Positions 49,141 to 59,989 of a stretch of DNA of 64,000 nucleotides are shown here, in pieces. The notes beneath the pieces are model-generated. The model was given only the letters and a program-made list of their open reading frames with translations, was not told the DNA's origin and did no database searches. Made by a program: the position numbers and the translations under genes. Each line of letters starts with the position of its first letter. Position 1 is the first letter of the stretch. Source of the DNA: Dicyema japonicum (lineage: Eukaryota > Animalia > Dicyemida); NCBI GenBank assembly GCA_011109175.1, contig RDEW01000015.1:452310-516309 (forward strand), given 5' to 3'.

Positions 49141-50199
49141 ATAAAATCTCCGAAAGGTCCGACGCGGAGTAAATGAAGAGCATGGAAACTATTGGGACCA
49201 GTGAGGGTTACTGTGGAGGAGATAATAGCGGATTCTGTATGAAGGATTGTGATCTGGATTTGCATGTAAAGCTTACTGACAATTCGAAGAGGGACCCCAG
49301 TGAGACTGCTAGACTCTTCAAGGAAGGACCCGTGTTATTTCAAACGTCCCTCAAATTTAACTTTACTTAATTTCGTAATAAAAATTCATTCATCAACGCT
49401 TATGACTGAATCTGTCTTTTGGTGCATGCAAATCGAGTCCTCTTATGCAAGAGGCTCATGAGGAGGTTTTTTATCATCTAGTTGATCACCCTAAGATCTA
49501 ATGTCCTCAATCCATGTTCTCATATAAGATCTTAAGTGATTCCATACCTGCAAGTAAAAGGCTGAAATCCGCATGGACAAGTGTCATATACTGTTATTCT
49601 CATTACACGTGGCAATGGTTCATGTTTTGTGGAGTTTTCAAGGTATTTTATTGGGTGTCGCTCGGTTGATTGCCTGTCCTTGAGAATTTTTGTTGTTGTT
49701 CTTGTAGAAGTGTTGCACCGCTTAATAAGACGATAACTTCTGTATCAGGAACTTTGTTGGACAACGAGAGTATCGCAGCGGTGTTGGATTGGGTCTTGGG
49801 CGTGACGTTTGGGGACCTCACATATGTTGTTGTATGTCGATGGTGGAATTGAAGGCCATTAATTTTTTTCTGGAGAAGGTTCTCCAGAAGAGATCATTAA
49901 ACATGATCTGGAGTTAACTATGTACTCGTCTTTGATCGAACTCCCTGACTTTTCCTCAGGACGAGAAGAGACCTGATGAAATCCCCATTATTCCATTTTC
50001 ACATATAAGATCTCACGAGTGGAGTGTGATGTGCGTCGCCTCATTTATTTTGCTAGTAAATTAAAAAATATCAAATAAACAATCTCAAACCAACAAATTA
50101 CAGTCTATTAAACCGTATTTTAATAATTGGGGTCATCAAACCTGGTTACTTTGCTAGATCACTTGCAGTGATCCTCAGAATTACTGTCTTTAAATCATC

Positions 50200-51150
50200 C
50201 TATGAAATAACATATTCGATAGATCCCTTGAGATTATGTCCGATTTGTAATCGAACCACACACGTGTTAACGTCGAACTGTTCATGGAAAATTTTTGATT
50301 TGATATTTCGTGGATTTTCTACTATAAATTGTCTGTTGTATGCACGTTGTTCCTTAACACTTCGTGTAATCGGTTATTAAATGCTTGCATTTCTCTTTTT
50401 ATTCGAATGGCATTTTTCTCAAATATTTGTGCTTTTTCTTGTGTAGAAGACGATTAGGGTAAGTTTAGAAGCAGTCTTCTTCAGTTTGAATTGAAACAGT
50501 TTAATTCTTTACTTTAGCGAAACCGAGGGTTCTTGTGAACGAGATCAAGTAATTTGCCAATGTTGTGGCTTTTTCAGAAATAGGATTTATGAAATCAAAT
50601 TTCTCAAATAATTTTTTAATGATATTTTGAGAGATACTCACTTTCATGTATGTTAAACCTTGTCTGGATCATAGATCCTTAGGGACCAAATAATATTACT
50701 TAGGTTTTGGAAATCTTCGATTAGTTTGACCAATGACTCTTTGATTCCGTATTTCAAGATAATTGCCGTAGAAGATCTACTTTCATGTTCCCACGACAGC
50801 TTCACATTTCAAAACTTTAAGAATTTTGTATAAAGGATAAACCTGGAGACCCCCATGGGATTTCCGCGGATGACCTGGACTCACTTCTATGCTTGATATG
50901 GCCATGATTTGTGCGCGGCTCTGTAAGCGATAGTATGTCAAAGAAAACCGCTAAAAATGGGAACTATTATGTAAGACAACCACGTGAGTTTCTTGGAGGT
51001 GTGTTATTAAGAGTTCATGAATAATCCAACTAATAATTCCCCCGTTCCTCAAGGTAGACTCGTCCGAGTTCCTCCAATTATGTGCCAAACTGATTATCGA
51101 AGGGGGATATATCCATGAGATATTTTCTACCTAAATGCATTTGCCTGATT
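50200..51150 (-). mobile_element. APE-type LINE relic (endonuclease region)
   Basis: LQETH, KSHGVS and LRIYDP resemble APE QETH, SRGVA and NIYAP motifs. Decayed. Confidence 0.4.
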
Positions 51151-51218
51151 GTGAGTGCTATCGCATCTTTGGCGTATTCGACGCTTCGTAAGAATTTTAA
51201 AGTCGAAGCAAATTATTT

Positions 51219-51538
51219 TATTTATTTATTAACTCCGGATACACGAGAAAGAAGTTAAAGTAAACAACTAATTAAGTGTATCCAGTTTCCACTTGTACAG
51301 AAACAGAGTCCATCCGGAATCAGCATAAAAGGTAAGACGTCCATTACATGCAGTTGTGGAAACCCCTCCAGTGGAGTGGGGGAGAGCAAATGATCCTTTT
51401 TCGTGCCGGCCTGGCACTGGGCGTCACCTAGACAGGTGGATCACATGACGCCACTCTAATAGGAAGAGACAGGAGGAACATACAAGAAAGCAGAAAACTT
51501 CAACCAATTAACCACGCAACACCACATGACGCCACGCG
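51219..51538 (-). repeat. Structured short-repeat family, copy A: ~320-nt SINE-like unit (leader, HDV-like fold at 51452-51392, spacer, 3' stem-loop, TAAA tail)
   Basis: Best-paired copy: P1 GGCGTCA/TGACGCC, P2 TGATCC/GGATCA, P4 GTGCC/GGCAC, 3' stem CTGGATACAC/GTGTATCCGG. Possible 9/11 TSD at 51208-51218 and 51539-51549. Confidence 0.78.
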
Positions 51539-51559
51539 GCTAATTACTTAGACGTGATT

Positions 51560-52350
51560 TAATCTTAGTATTTCTTGTTTGGTCACTTCAGTGATTGCTA
51601 ATTAATAATATATTTTAAACCAGAGTTAAGTTGGAGTCCACACTGACATGGACTTACTATCTGTTGATCCTTGAGATGTTGGAAATGTGGAGAAAAAATC
51701 AACCTCCTGAAAGCCTAATGGAGCTATGGAAAATCAGGAACCATCCTGTACTAAAAACGCTTTAGTACATTGAATCATGCATGCATGGGCCTCATGGGAC
51801 CTTACATTTATTGGACTAATGGACAGAAACTTGTGGTTACACAAAAAACGGCTTTGGAGTAACAGAGAAGTGGTCCATAGACGAAAATAACATGATGACG
51901 ACACCCTTGGAGATCCTAATCCTGAGGAATAATGGAGGAAGTTTGATTCAAGGTGGTTAGGATTACCCGACCCCAACGAGCTTGTGTAGGATCGAGGGAA
52001 GAACATCAAGCCAAGCTGAGAGCTTGGATTAATTTTGTATTTTTCAGTAACAGTGGTCTTGGAATAATTTGATTTGACTTCCAAAAGCTGATGTCTAAAA
52101 ATCGAGTCACTCCAAAATTGGCTGATATTCTGAGAACTAAAACTGACTCCTATCTGAGGTAAACTCCGGTCTTCGGGTCTACTTGCATGAAAATTATTCG
52201 GTTTATAACGAATAAGTGGAGGACAAATGAACTATCGAATGAGCACAAATAATCTAAAATCCCTACCATACAATCGGAGGACCATGGAGGTATACTTTAA
52301 GGCTATATAACAGCTAATCTTATTCTATGGCTGTCAAATAATGATTTATC
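51560..52350 (+). mobile_element. LINE relic (CCHC ORF1 plus start of APE; I/Jockey-group-like)
   Basis: LRCWKCGE zinc-knuckle start, then ADIL..TK and EDHGGIL resembling APE motifs. Decayed. Confidence 0.4.
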
Positions 52351-52918
52351 ATAAAATCACCCAATTTCACTAAAATAAGGTCACATAAACTAAAAGGCTT
52401 ATTCTGTACTTGTTTGTATAGCATGACGTGTAATGACGTGAAATTGTATCTGTGATAATTATACAAGATTTAGCTTATAACTGAACATAAACCTATGCTA
52501 AAACGTAGTCAACAAACATAATGGGAAATTCTTGAGATATTCTATCAATTCCAGCTGAATTACGAAAACACTAGAACTTTCAGCCATACAACTGTTTTTA
52601 AGGAAAATAAAAAGGCATAACAGCGGAAGAATGTGATCTCGTGGGACTATCATTAACCTACGCAAAATAGTCGTAATAGATTTAAATTTGACGATTATTT
52701 TTATGCATTGTTTTTATCTCAATTTTCTTAGATCCTTAACTTAATGTTGTGAATTTCGGTATTGTTTTTAAATATATTTTAATTATCGTATTTGAAGTGA
52801 CCTTCAAATTCATTTAATATCTATATATTTTTTTATTTTTAAAAATGTTTAAGTTTTAAATAAAATTATTTGAAATAATGATTAAGTGCTAAAAATTTAA
52901 ATTTTGGACTTATAGTCA

Positions 52919-53833
52919 ATGAATTTGGAAATCAGTCGAGCAAGCGAGTCATTTGATAGCACAATCGATAGCACCTTCTGTGGGCTTTTCAGTTTCAGTG
53001 TGTTCGTTGTTCTTTACCGCTATATCGGGCCCTACTTTTCCAGCAGAATTTTCACTTTCTACAATGGTTTATCGACTAATGAGAAGATTGAGTGGAATAA
53101 AAGGTAGCCGTTTCTCAGATCTCAGGTATGTTTCTACCGTTCATGCCGGAGTTGTGGCGATCTTGTCGATCTATGTGATCTTCTCTGATCAGGAACTTTC
53201 CGACGATCCATTATGGTTGACTTCTAATCTAATTTGCAGGCACAATTCTGAGAATGCAGTCCTCCTCTGTTCTGTGGTGGTGGGATATCTGTTTTTTGGT
53301 TACTTTTAGCTTATTTTCAGACTTTTTTGTGACTATGATTAACATCAATTACTCAGGGTTCGACTTCTTTTCTTTCGTCCACCATACAATCGCCATCAAC
53401 GCCTACGTTTATGCGATTGTTAGACTTTTGCTTATTTTAGATGTATAGAACCTGTCTATATTTCGCCATGTTCCGACTGTCCTCAGAGGCCTCAACTCCC
53501 TGTATAAATTTCAGGTGGATGCCTTTGTTTCTTAATTTTAGGTGGTATTTCAGCCTGGCAGATCGAAAAAAGGTGACAAAATTCGTTTTGATTAACGGAA
53601 TTTTTATGACGATTTCTTTCTTCTTATTCCGAGTGGCTGTGATTCCGATTTTCTGGCACAAAATACTCTTGGTCTACAACACACGTGGGTGGGAAGAGCT
53701 TGGACGGCTGAATATTGTGCTTTTTTACTCCTGCTTTGGGCTGGACTTTATTAACGTCGTTTGGTTCGGAAAGATTCTCCGTGGATGCATTTTGCTTTCC
53801 AAAAATTTTAGGAATTTATATTCTATATTATAA
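52919..53833 (+). CDS. TLCD4: TLC-domain membrane protein (TMEM56/TLCD4-like)
   Basis: IEWNKRYVSTVHA, DDPLW, GYLFFD, FVHHTI, FRLSSEASTPCINFRW, INGIFMTISFFLFRVA, LDFINVVWFGKILRGC. Introns of 22, 24, 22, 22 and probably 27 nt. Confidence 0.9.
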
Positions 53834-54689
53834 ATAGGATGATTTTGTCAATAAAGTCAGAAATTCATGTTTTTTTAATTATAAAAATGTAGTTTTAATC
53901 AAAAATATTATATTAATCAAAAGTAGTCATTTTCAGAGGAAACAACATGGCCGTTCAACCTGATTAAGTGATCTTTTAACAGTTTAATTAATAAAATGAT
54001 TGTTAAATAAAAAATCAAGTTATAAAGTCAAATTTTATTGATTTTTATTTTTAATTCTTCAAGTTTTTCGATAAAAAACTAGCGTGTGGTCAATTGCCAC
54101 GTTCAATCAAGGGGAACGTTGAATCAAGTCTGTTAGAAAATATCCTGATGTATTTTCTATCAACTCACAAGGAAATCTTATTTTAAATTTATGTGGCACA
54201 CTTTTAACTACAAAAAACAATTTTTTATTAATCGCATCGATGCCTAAGAAAAATTTTAAATTAACAGGCTTATTATTTCACAGGCGATAAGGTCACTAAG
54301 GAATCCGATATTCCCTTGCATAAATTGAACAGTAAAAATTTACGAGACTTGTTAGAGGGTATTGGAGGTCATCTACAGTTCTCTTTTCTTACCGAAAAAG
54401 TGTAGAAATTTTATGCCAGAGGCATCTTGACGGAATTAATCTAATGTTGAGGTTTAACTTGCATTTATTTTAGAACTGAAAAAGTTTTTGTTTTGTTAGA
54501 CGAAACCAATTTTTAGGGACAGAATATGTGAATATAGGAAAAATTTCTGTCATAAATTATTATGTGTATATTTTTGTGTGTGCAGTCGATTTTGGTCTTC
54601 TTGGCCGTCCACATATAAGTTTTCACATTTTGGGTAAAGAAACAGTCAACTGAGGGTTATTCAGTAGCTGCCATGACTGCATGGCTATT

Positions 54690-54890
54690 CTCTCATAATA
54701 ACGAGCGAGATTCGCTTTCTTCCAATCCCGTTAAGGTCCTTATTTAGAGCCACAGGGAGAGTGACTTTAGCCCTTCCTCTTAACGGTGGCATGTACTTAT
54801 TGAAGTAATTGTCCATTATTATATGTGCGGGGCATTTATGTCTATTCTAAGCACGTGCCCAAACAGTCTTCACCTTGAGAGAATTTATAT
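54690..54890 (-). mobile_element. RTE-clade 3' fragment
   Basis: Closely similar to 7340-7490 (RxKVTLPVALNKDL; LFGHVLRID). Confidence 0.75.
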
Positions 54891-55559
54891 AGCTATATTA
54901 ATATTAAAATGAGATTTTGGGAATCAATTCGGTGTTGGGGACCACGTGGGCGGGTCTCTGAGATATATTTTTGATATGAGTGATTTTTGCCCTTTTCTTC
55001 CCTCGAACATAGATTCGGCCTCTTTATCTCTTGCTAATGTGAAGACTGGGGGATATGGATGGAGTACCCCGTGGCTTATTAAATTTTCATTTTGTTTGAA
55101 ATCGAGTCCTTTTTGGAAGGAGACACTCATATCAACAAATGGACCAGACCTGTAAGAATTATAAAAAATGTAGTTTTGAATATCCCCACTATGACTAAAA
55201 TGGGAGTTGAGTAATCCAATATGAATCAGACATATTGTTTTCAAAATATTCATTGCCTCGGAGGTTCGCATTCCGAAAATTATCTTGTCTTCATTCTAAC
55301 AAATTGAGGATCCTCAGATGGCATTCGAATCAGACATTGGTCCACCGATGCTTCCTATTTCAAAACTTCGAGTTTCCGGTTTTTCCTAGTCTATTATGAA
55401 AAGGGGACGGGGATTCCTATTCAACTTGATGAAACATTAAGTGTACTAGGGTGGTATCATAGTACATCAGACCTACATCAAAGTGTACCAGAGTTACGTC
55501 ATCATCTTTGAATCAATCAAAGACCGCTCAATCGTCTTATGTTTTTGCTAGAAGATATT

Positions 55560-56140
55560 TAAATTGGATATCAATCATAAAGATCTACTGGAGGCGTCTT
55601 CCGAAAGTGGAACCTGGACATTTCTAATGGAGTTTTGGGTACCTTTTAGTATGATGAATGCGTTTGTATTGGGATCTCATTACGACTCTGATTAAAAGTC
55701 TGTGTGCCGCATCCATGCCGATGCGGAAACCAGATTGACCTGCACCAACTTTCCTACAGGAAGAGTGCGGGAAGATCTCCCAGATACATGACCATTAACA
55801 AAGTTTTTAGACGAGCTTTGGATGCTGTCGGATATCTTCTATGCTCGAACCAGCTGGCCTTTGAGACGTGACGGAAAACGACCCAATGGGATGACCATCT
55901 CCCCCTATGAAGTCGGAAACCTCTTGTCTGGTATGTCACCTACACCTACAAATTCCCCCCTTGCATTTTACATCAGAGTGTCTCCGGAGCCTGTTCTGCC
56001 GCTGAGAAAACCGAGAGATCAAAACGAGCAAAATATGCTGTCCTACCAGAGGATGTTTTGTTTGTTCTCCTCGCAGTTGAAACGTCTGGTTCCTTGCGCC
56101 ATCGACGCTGAAATTCATGCCATTACGGTTAGACTAAAAT
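55560..56140 (+). mobile_element. CRE-clade 3' fragment (same subfamily as 63660-64000)
   Basis: RRDGKRPNGMTISPYEVG, FAVETSG. Nucleotide similarity to the copy at the window end. Confidence 0.8.
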
Positions 56141-56199
56141 AAGCGGTGCATTAATTGACCTTTTTTTCTTTTTTAATTTATTAAGATAATTAAAGATAA

Positions 56200-56350
56200 A
56201 ATTAACAGTTGGCAAATACGGCTGTTCTCATATTTGAGATCGCATTTCCCCTGACGATTTGCAAGGAAATGCGCTCAATTATCCCCTCATTTCTCTTTTA
56301 TCATTTTTCATCTCAGTGATGAGCGATCCGATTCTGTTTAGCAGGGTCAG
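56200..56350 (-). mobile_element. CRE-clade extreme 3' fragment
   Basis: IIERISLQIVRGNAIS. Confidence 0.6.
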
Positions 56351-56399
56351 TGATATTTATTATTTTTTTTGGAGAATTTCATAAATCATACAAAAGCAA

Positions 56400-58900
56400 T
56401 GTTAATAATTTAGTTAGAAATATTTCTTTTTTATTAGCAAAGACGCCTTTTCTACGAGCAATTTAGTGTTTGGAGTTCTCCAACACACTCTAGATCACCA
56501 CAAATTTCGGTTCTGAACAGTCTAGGTTACTTGTTCCGTCGTCCTCAGAGTCTTTGTTATCCATTCTCGTATAGATATTATTTATTTCCTTCTTTAGCTC
56601 CTTAGTTCTCTCGACAAAACCCGTCTTATTCCTGTATGAAACAATCATCGACTCAAAAGTTTTACGTATAACCAATGATTGAATATACGTATAGGTTCGT
56701 TCGCTTATGTTCAGAGATCTGGAATGTTCCCACGAGTGTGAGGTTACCAATCCATCCCAGGTCAGTACTATTGGGACAATCCTCACTTTCGTATGGTGTA
56801 TTGATTCCAGTTCTTTTAATAAAAGGTCATACTTTCTCGATTTTTCAAATTCTACTTGAGATTTTGTGTTGATGTTATACCCACTTCAACCAACAGTATT
56901 TGATTTTTCTTTTTATTGTAGATAAACAAATCTGGCTTGTTGTGTTCAATGTTTATATCGGTTTTGATGAAAGTATCAACTCTTATCTCTACCGAATCAA
57001 TCATCAAAATTGTTTGCACTGAGTGGGTTTTTATTATCTTTTCGTTTTTGAGACCGTATTCTTCGCAAAAATGGAAGTGAAGGCACCGCACGACTTCATT
57101 ATGTCTTCTGACGTAATCTCTGTGCAACATTTTGCCACATCTTGTAGCACAATGATCGATGGTTTTCTTCCATTTTTTACACAAGGTGCAAATCTAGTTC
57201 AGTTCTCCAAAGAAGAGATTTCTGTCCTCGACTACAGAACAAGGCTTCTGATTTTGGAGAGTTGTTCCCTTTTGCTAGCCACAAAGATGAAAATTCAGTG
57301 TTTACGAATTCTTCCGATAGGTGTTTGTACACTTGCGAATCAAGATTTATTTGTTTCTTTAAGTTTTCTCTTTGTAGGTCAATCAAAAATTTACTATCCA
57401 GGACAAATGTATTGTCAACAGAGTACTTCTCCCGCAAAAATTCTTCAATGGTAACCATATGTGTTTTACTTAAGGTTTCGGCCTGAAGAATAGCGGAACT
57501 TCTTCTGCAACAAGTACTTCTTCCTTTCAAATCGTTCAGAAAACAAAATAACATTCTCTCACTGAGGAAAGAGATCGAGCACAATCCTCTCCTAGCATAT
57601 TTCGAGGTAGTACAGTCTCTTTGCAAGCTGGATAAAGTGCATATGATATTTATTCAGCAAACTACGGATAGAAGTATCAATCTTCTCAAATTCATTCGGT
57701 TCCAAATCAATTAAGTCGATATAGTAATTGTATAAAGATAATGCATGCTCGTTAATTGCTTTAAAAAGGTTGACCGAGTTCAATTTAGTGTTTACTAATT
57801 TTTCTATTCTTTGGCATACTTCAGAAAATATAGTTTTAAGTGAATTTTTTAACAAAAAAGTTGAAAACTCCATCGCAGCCTGGGGCTTTCCGGTAAGGCA
57901 GATATTTAATTGTTTCATTAAACTCATTTCTATTAAATCCAACAGGTACATTCTCGACGCCGGTTATTCTTTTTTCAATATTGACCCTCTCTAAAAATAC
58001 ATCTTTTTTTCCAAACTTCTTCCCAAAAGTCTGCACATTTTTCATTATCAATATACGCAGTAACATTATTTGCCGTAGGGGATAGGTTTCTGTAAAATGA
58101 TCTTCGATTTAATTCGAAGTTTAGATTATCAAAGCGGAATTTCTTGCGGGACTCAGATACACACAATTTCTTTTCGAGAATTTTAATTTTATCTTCAATG
58201 TACGAAATAATCCTCCCTCTTTCACCATGATTTTTTTGTATCCCACTAACGATTATGCGTGGTAGGCCATTTTTCCTCTGATGACAAAGTCTTTATAAAA
58301 AATTTAATTAGCAAAAAAAGGATTTCCCTTTTCGATTTTACTTATTTTCTCATTTCATTTTGATGGCTCTTTTTTTCACTGAAATAGTCTGATATGTAGC
58401 TTGACCAGCATAAATCAGAGTAGAAATTTGATCCATAGAAATTATAGAGTTCTTTTTAACCCATTGGCTAATGACACAGTTCAAACACTCCAATAAATTA
58501 TTGTCAATCTTGACATAAGGAATCTTTTGGTTCGGGTTTCGAGCTTTGTTCAATTTGCTGGCAATTATCTATTGTTCCATAAATGTGCGTCGGCAGTGAT
58601 CGTAAAATTTAGGATCCATGGACGGTGAAGACATATCAGGCTTAGAACCTGGGGTAACCTTCGAATCAAGTTAATTGCTTGATAATTGTTTGCGTTCCTG
58701 GACGTATATCAGTTTTCTGCAAACTTAGTCTTGAACCCTCCAAGAGAATAGCCCATCCACTTCTGGGGACACGACCCAGGCTAGAGCGCGTGCTTTCAAT
58801 TACTGAGGCAGCCCATTGTTTTCGACAATCAGCTGTTGAGGAAGACATTATTGCTCGTAGAACCGGAAATTTCGTGTTGTTTTGCTGAGACGAATCCTAG
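56400..58900 (-). mobile_element. RLE-type microsporidia-like non-LTR retrotransposon lacking the RT core (internal deletion near 57840)
   Basis: The N-terminal region and KAPGCDGVFNFFVKK join directly to KLNSVNLFKAINEHALSL. Then TIDHCATRC, RRHNEVVRC, NKPDLF, LVEVGITS, PIVLTWDG, YIQSLVIRKTFES. Confidence 0.88.
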
Positions 58901-58924
58901 AAGCATCCTCGTCGGAAACATGTC

Positions 58925-59010
58925 GGACAAGCTCGGTAGCCGTAATGGCATGCGACATGAAATGAAAAAATTGGATCACATGACGCCATTCTAATAGGAA
59001 GGGAAAGGGG
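58925..59010 (-). repeat. Structured short-repeat family, copy E (partial), at the 5' end of the RLE element
   Basis: TTCCTATTAGAATGGCGTCATGTGATCCA is 28/29 identical to copy A. The downstream half is degenerate. Confidence 0.6.
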
Positions 59011-59029
59011 ACCATATTTTACATTTTAA

Positions 59030-59330
59030 TTTAAGTCCCCAAGCATTAATTCAATTGATTGCGGCGTGTCTGGACTCCTCCATCACTCTTCCGGCAAAAG
59101 AGAGCCTCCACATCTACACCGATGGGTCGTGCAAACATCCATTCCGAGGCGGACGGAAACCCCAATCCCCGTCGCGTCGTCATCCAAGAGTGTCCCAAGT
59201 GAGGTACATGGGAATGCTCTGAGCCAGGCTCCGCTCTCGTTCGTCGATGCAGAAGCCAGACAAGTCAGACGAAGCTGATCAAGCACAGGCTTTATCTCTT
59301 CGATGATCTTTGAGCATAAACCATGCAAAT
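59030..59330 (-). mobile_element. CRE-clade fragment
   Basis: LTCLASASTNESGAWLRAFPCTSLGTLLDDDATGIGVSVRLG..CTTHRCRCG. Confidence 0.85.
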
Positions 59331-59684
59331 CGACATTTCATCCATCATCAGTCTTCTTTCGAAGAGGTGACGCTGAGAAATGGCCGGTGTTTCTTACGGA
59401 AAACTAGTCAAAGAAAGGGTGGCTCATGTAGAGGAATTCCGATCGACCATAAAGAGTTTATCTGATAGAATTCTGCAGACACAAAAGAAAGCATTTCGAT
59501 AGTTGGGGAACACTCAATGAAAGTTCGTGAGATATTGGGTGGATCACCTAATTAGTTAATTTAACCTTTCTTGGTGGTCTTGTGGTTTAAATAAAAGTAA
59601 TATTTCCCCCTCTGAATTTTGTATATTAATTTAACATAAACCTCACTCGATTATTTGATAAAATATTAATTATTTCTGCAGCTT

Positions 59685-59800
59685 GATCAGTGAACAGAGC
59701 CCATTGGAGGTATCTAGCAAAGAGTTTCTTAATCGTATGCACAAACGGCACTTTAGTCAATATAACATTCTTTGGTTGTGTGAACGTGCGTTTAATCTGC
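59685..59800 (+). mobile_element. RTE-clade 3' end fragment
   Basis: CTNGTLVNITFFGCVNV matches the 3' end of the 7160-9540 element. Confidence 0.75.
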
Positions 59801-59989
59801 AGGGATGGTGCTCGAACTTGTCTAATCGCAACGAAGGATTTGTTACAAAGTCCATTTAACTCAAATTTATTAGTGTTTACGCATACCTTATCACCCACGT
59901 TAAAATCATACTGTCGTGGACATTCATTCTCTGTTCATAGTTTTGTAGTAATTTTCTTCAATCAGTTTCCGCGTTTCCCATGAATCAGT

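Noticed and set aside
49560-49930. Possible LTR integrase relic (VHADF-like)
   Set aside because: Too degenerate; only one short motif and no supporting D,D35E spacing.
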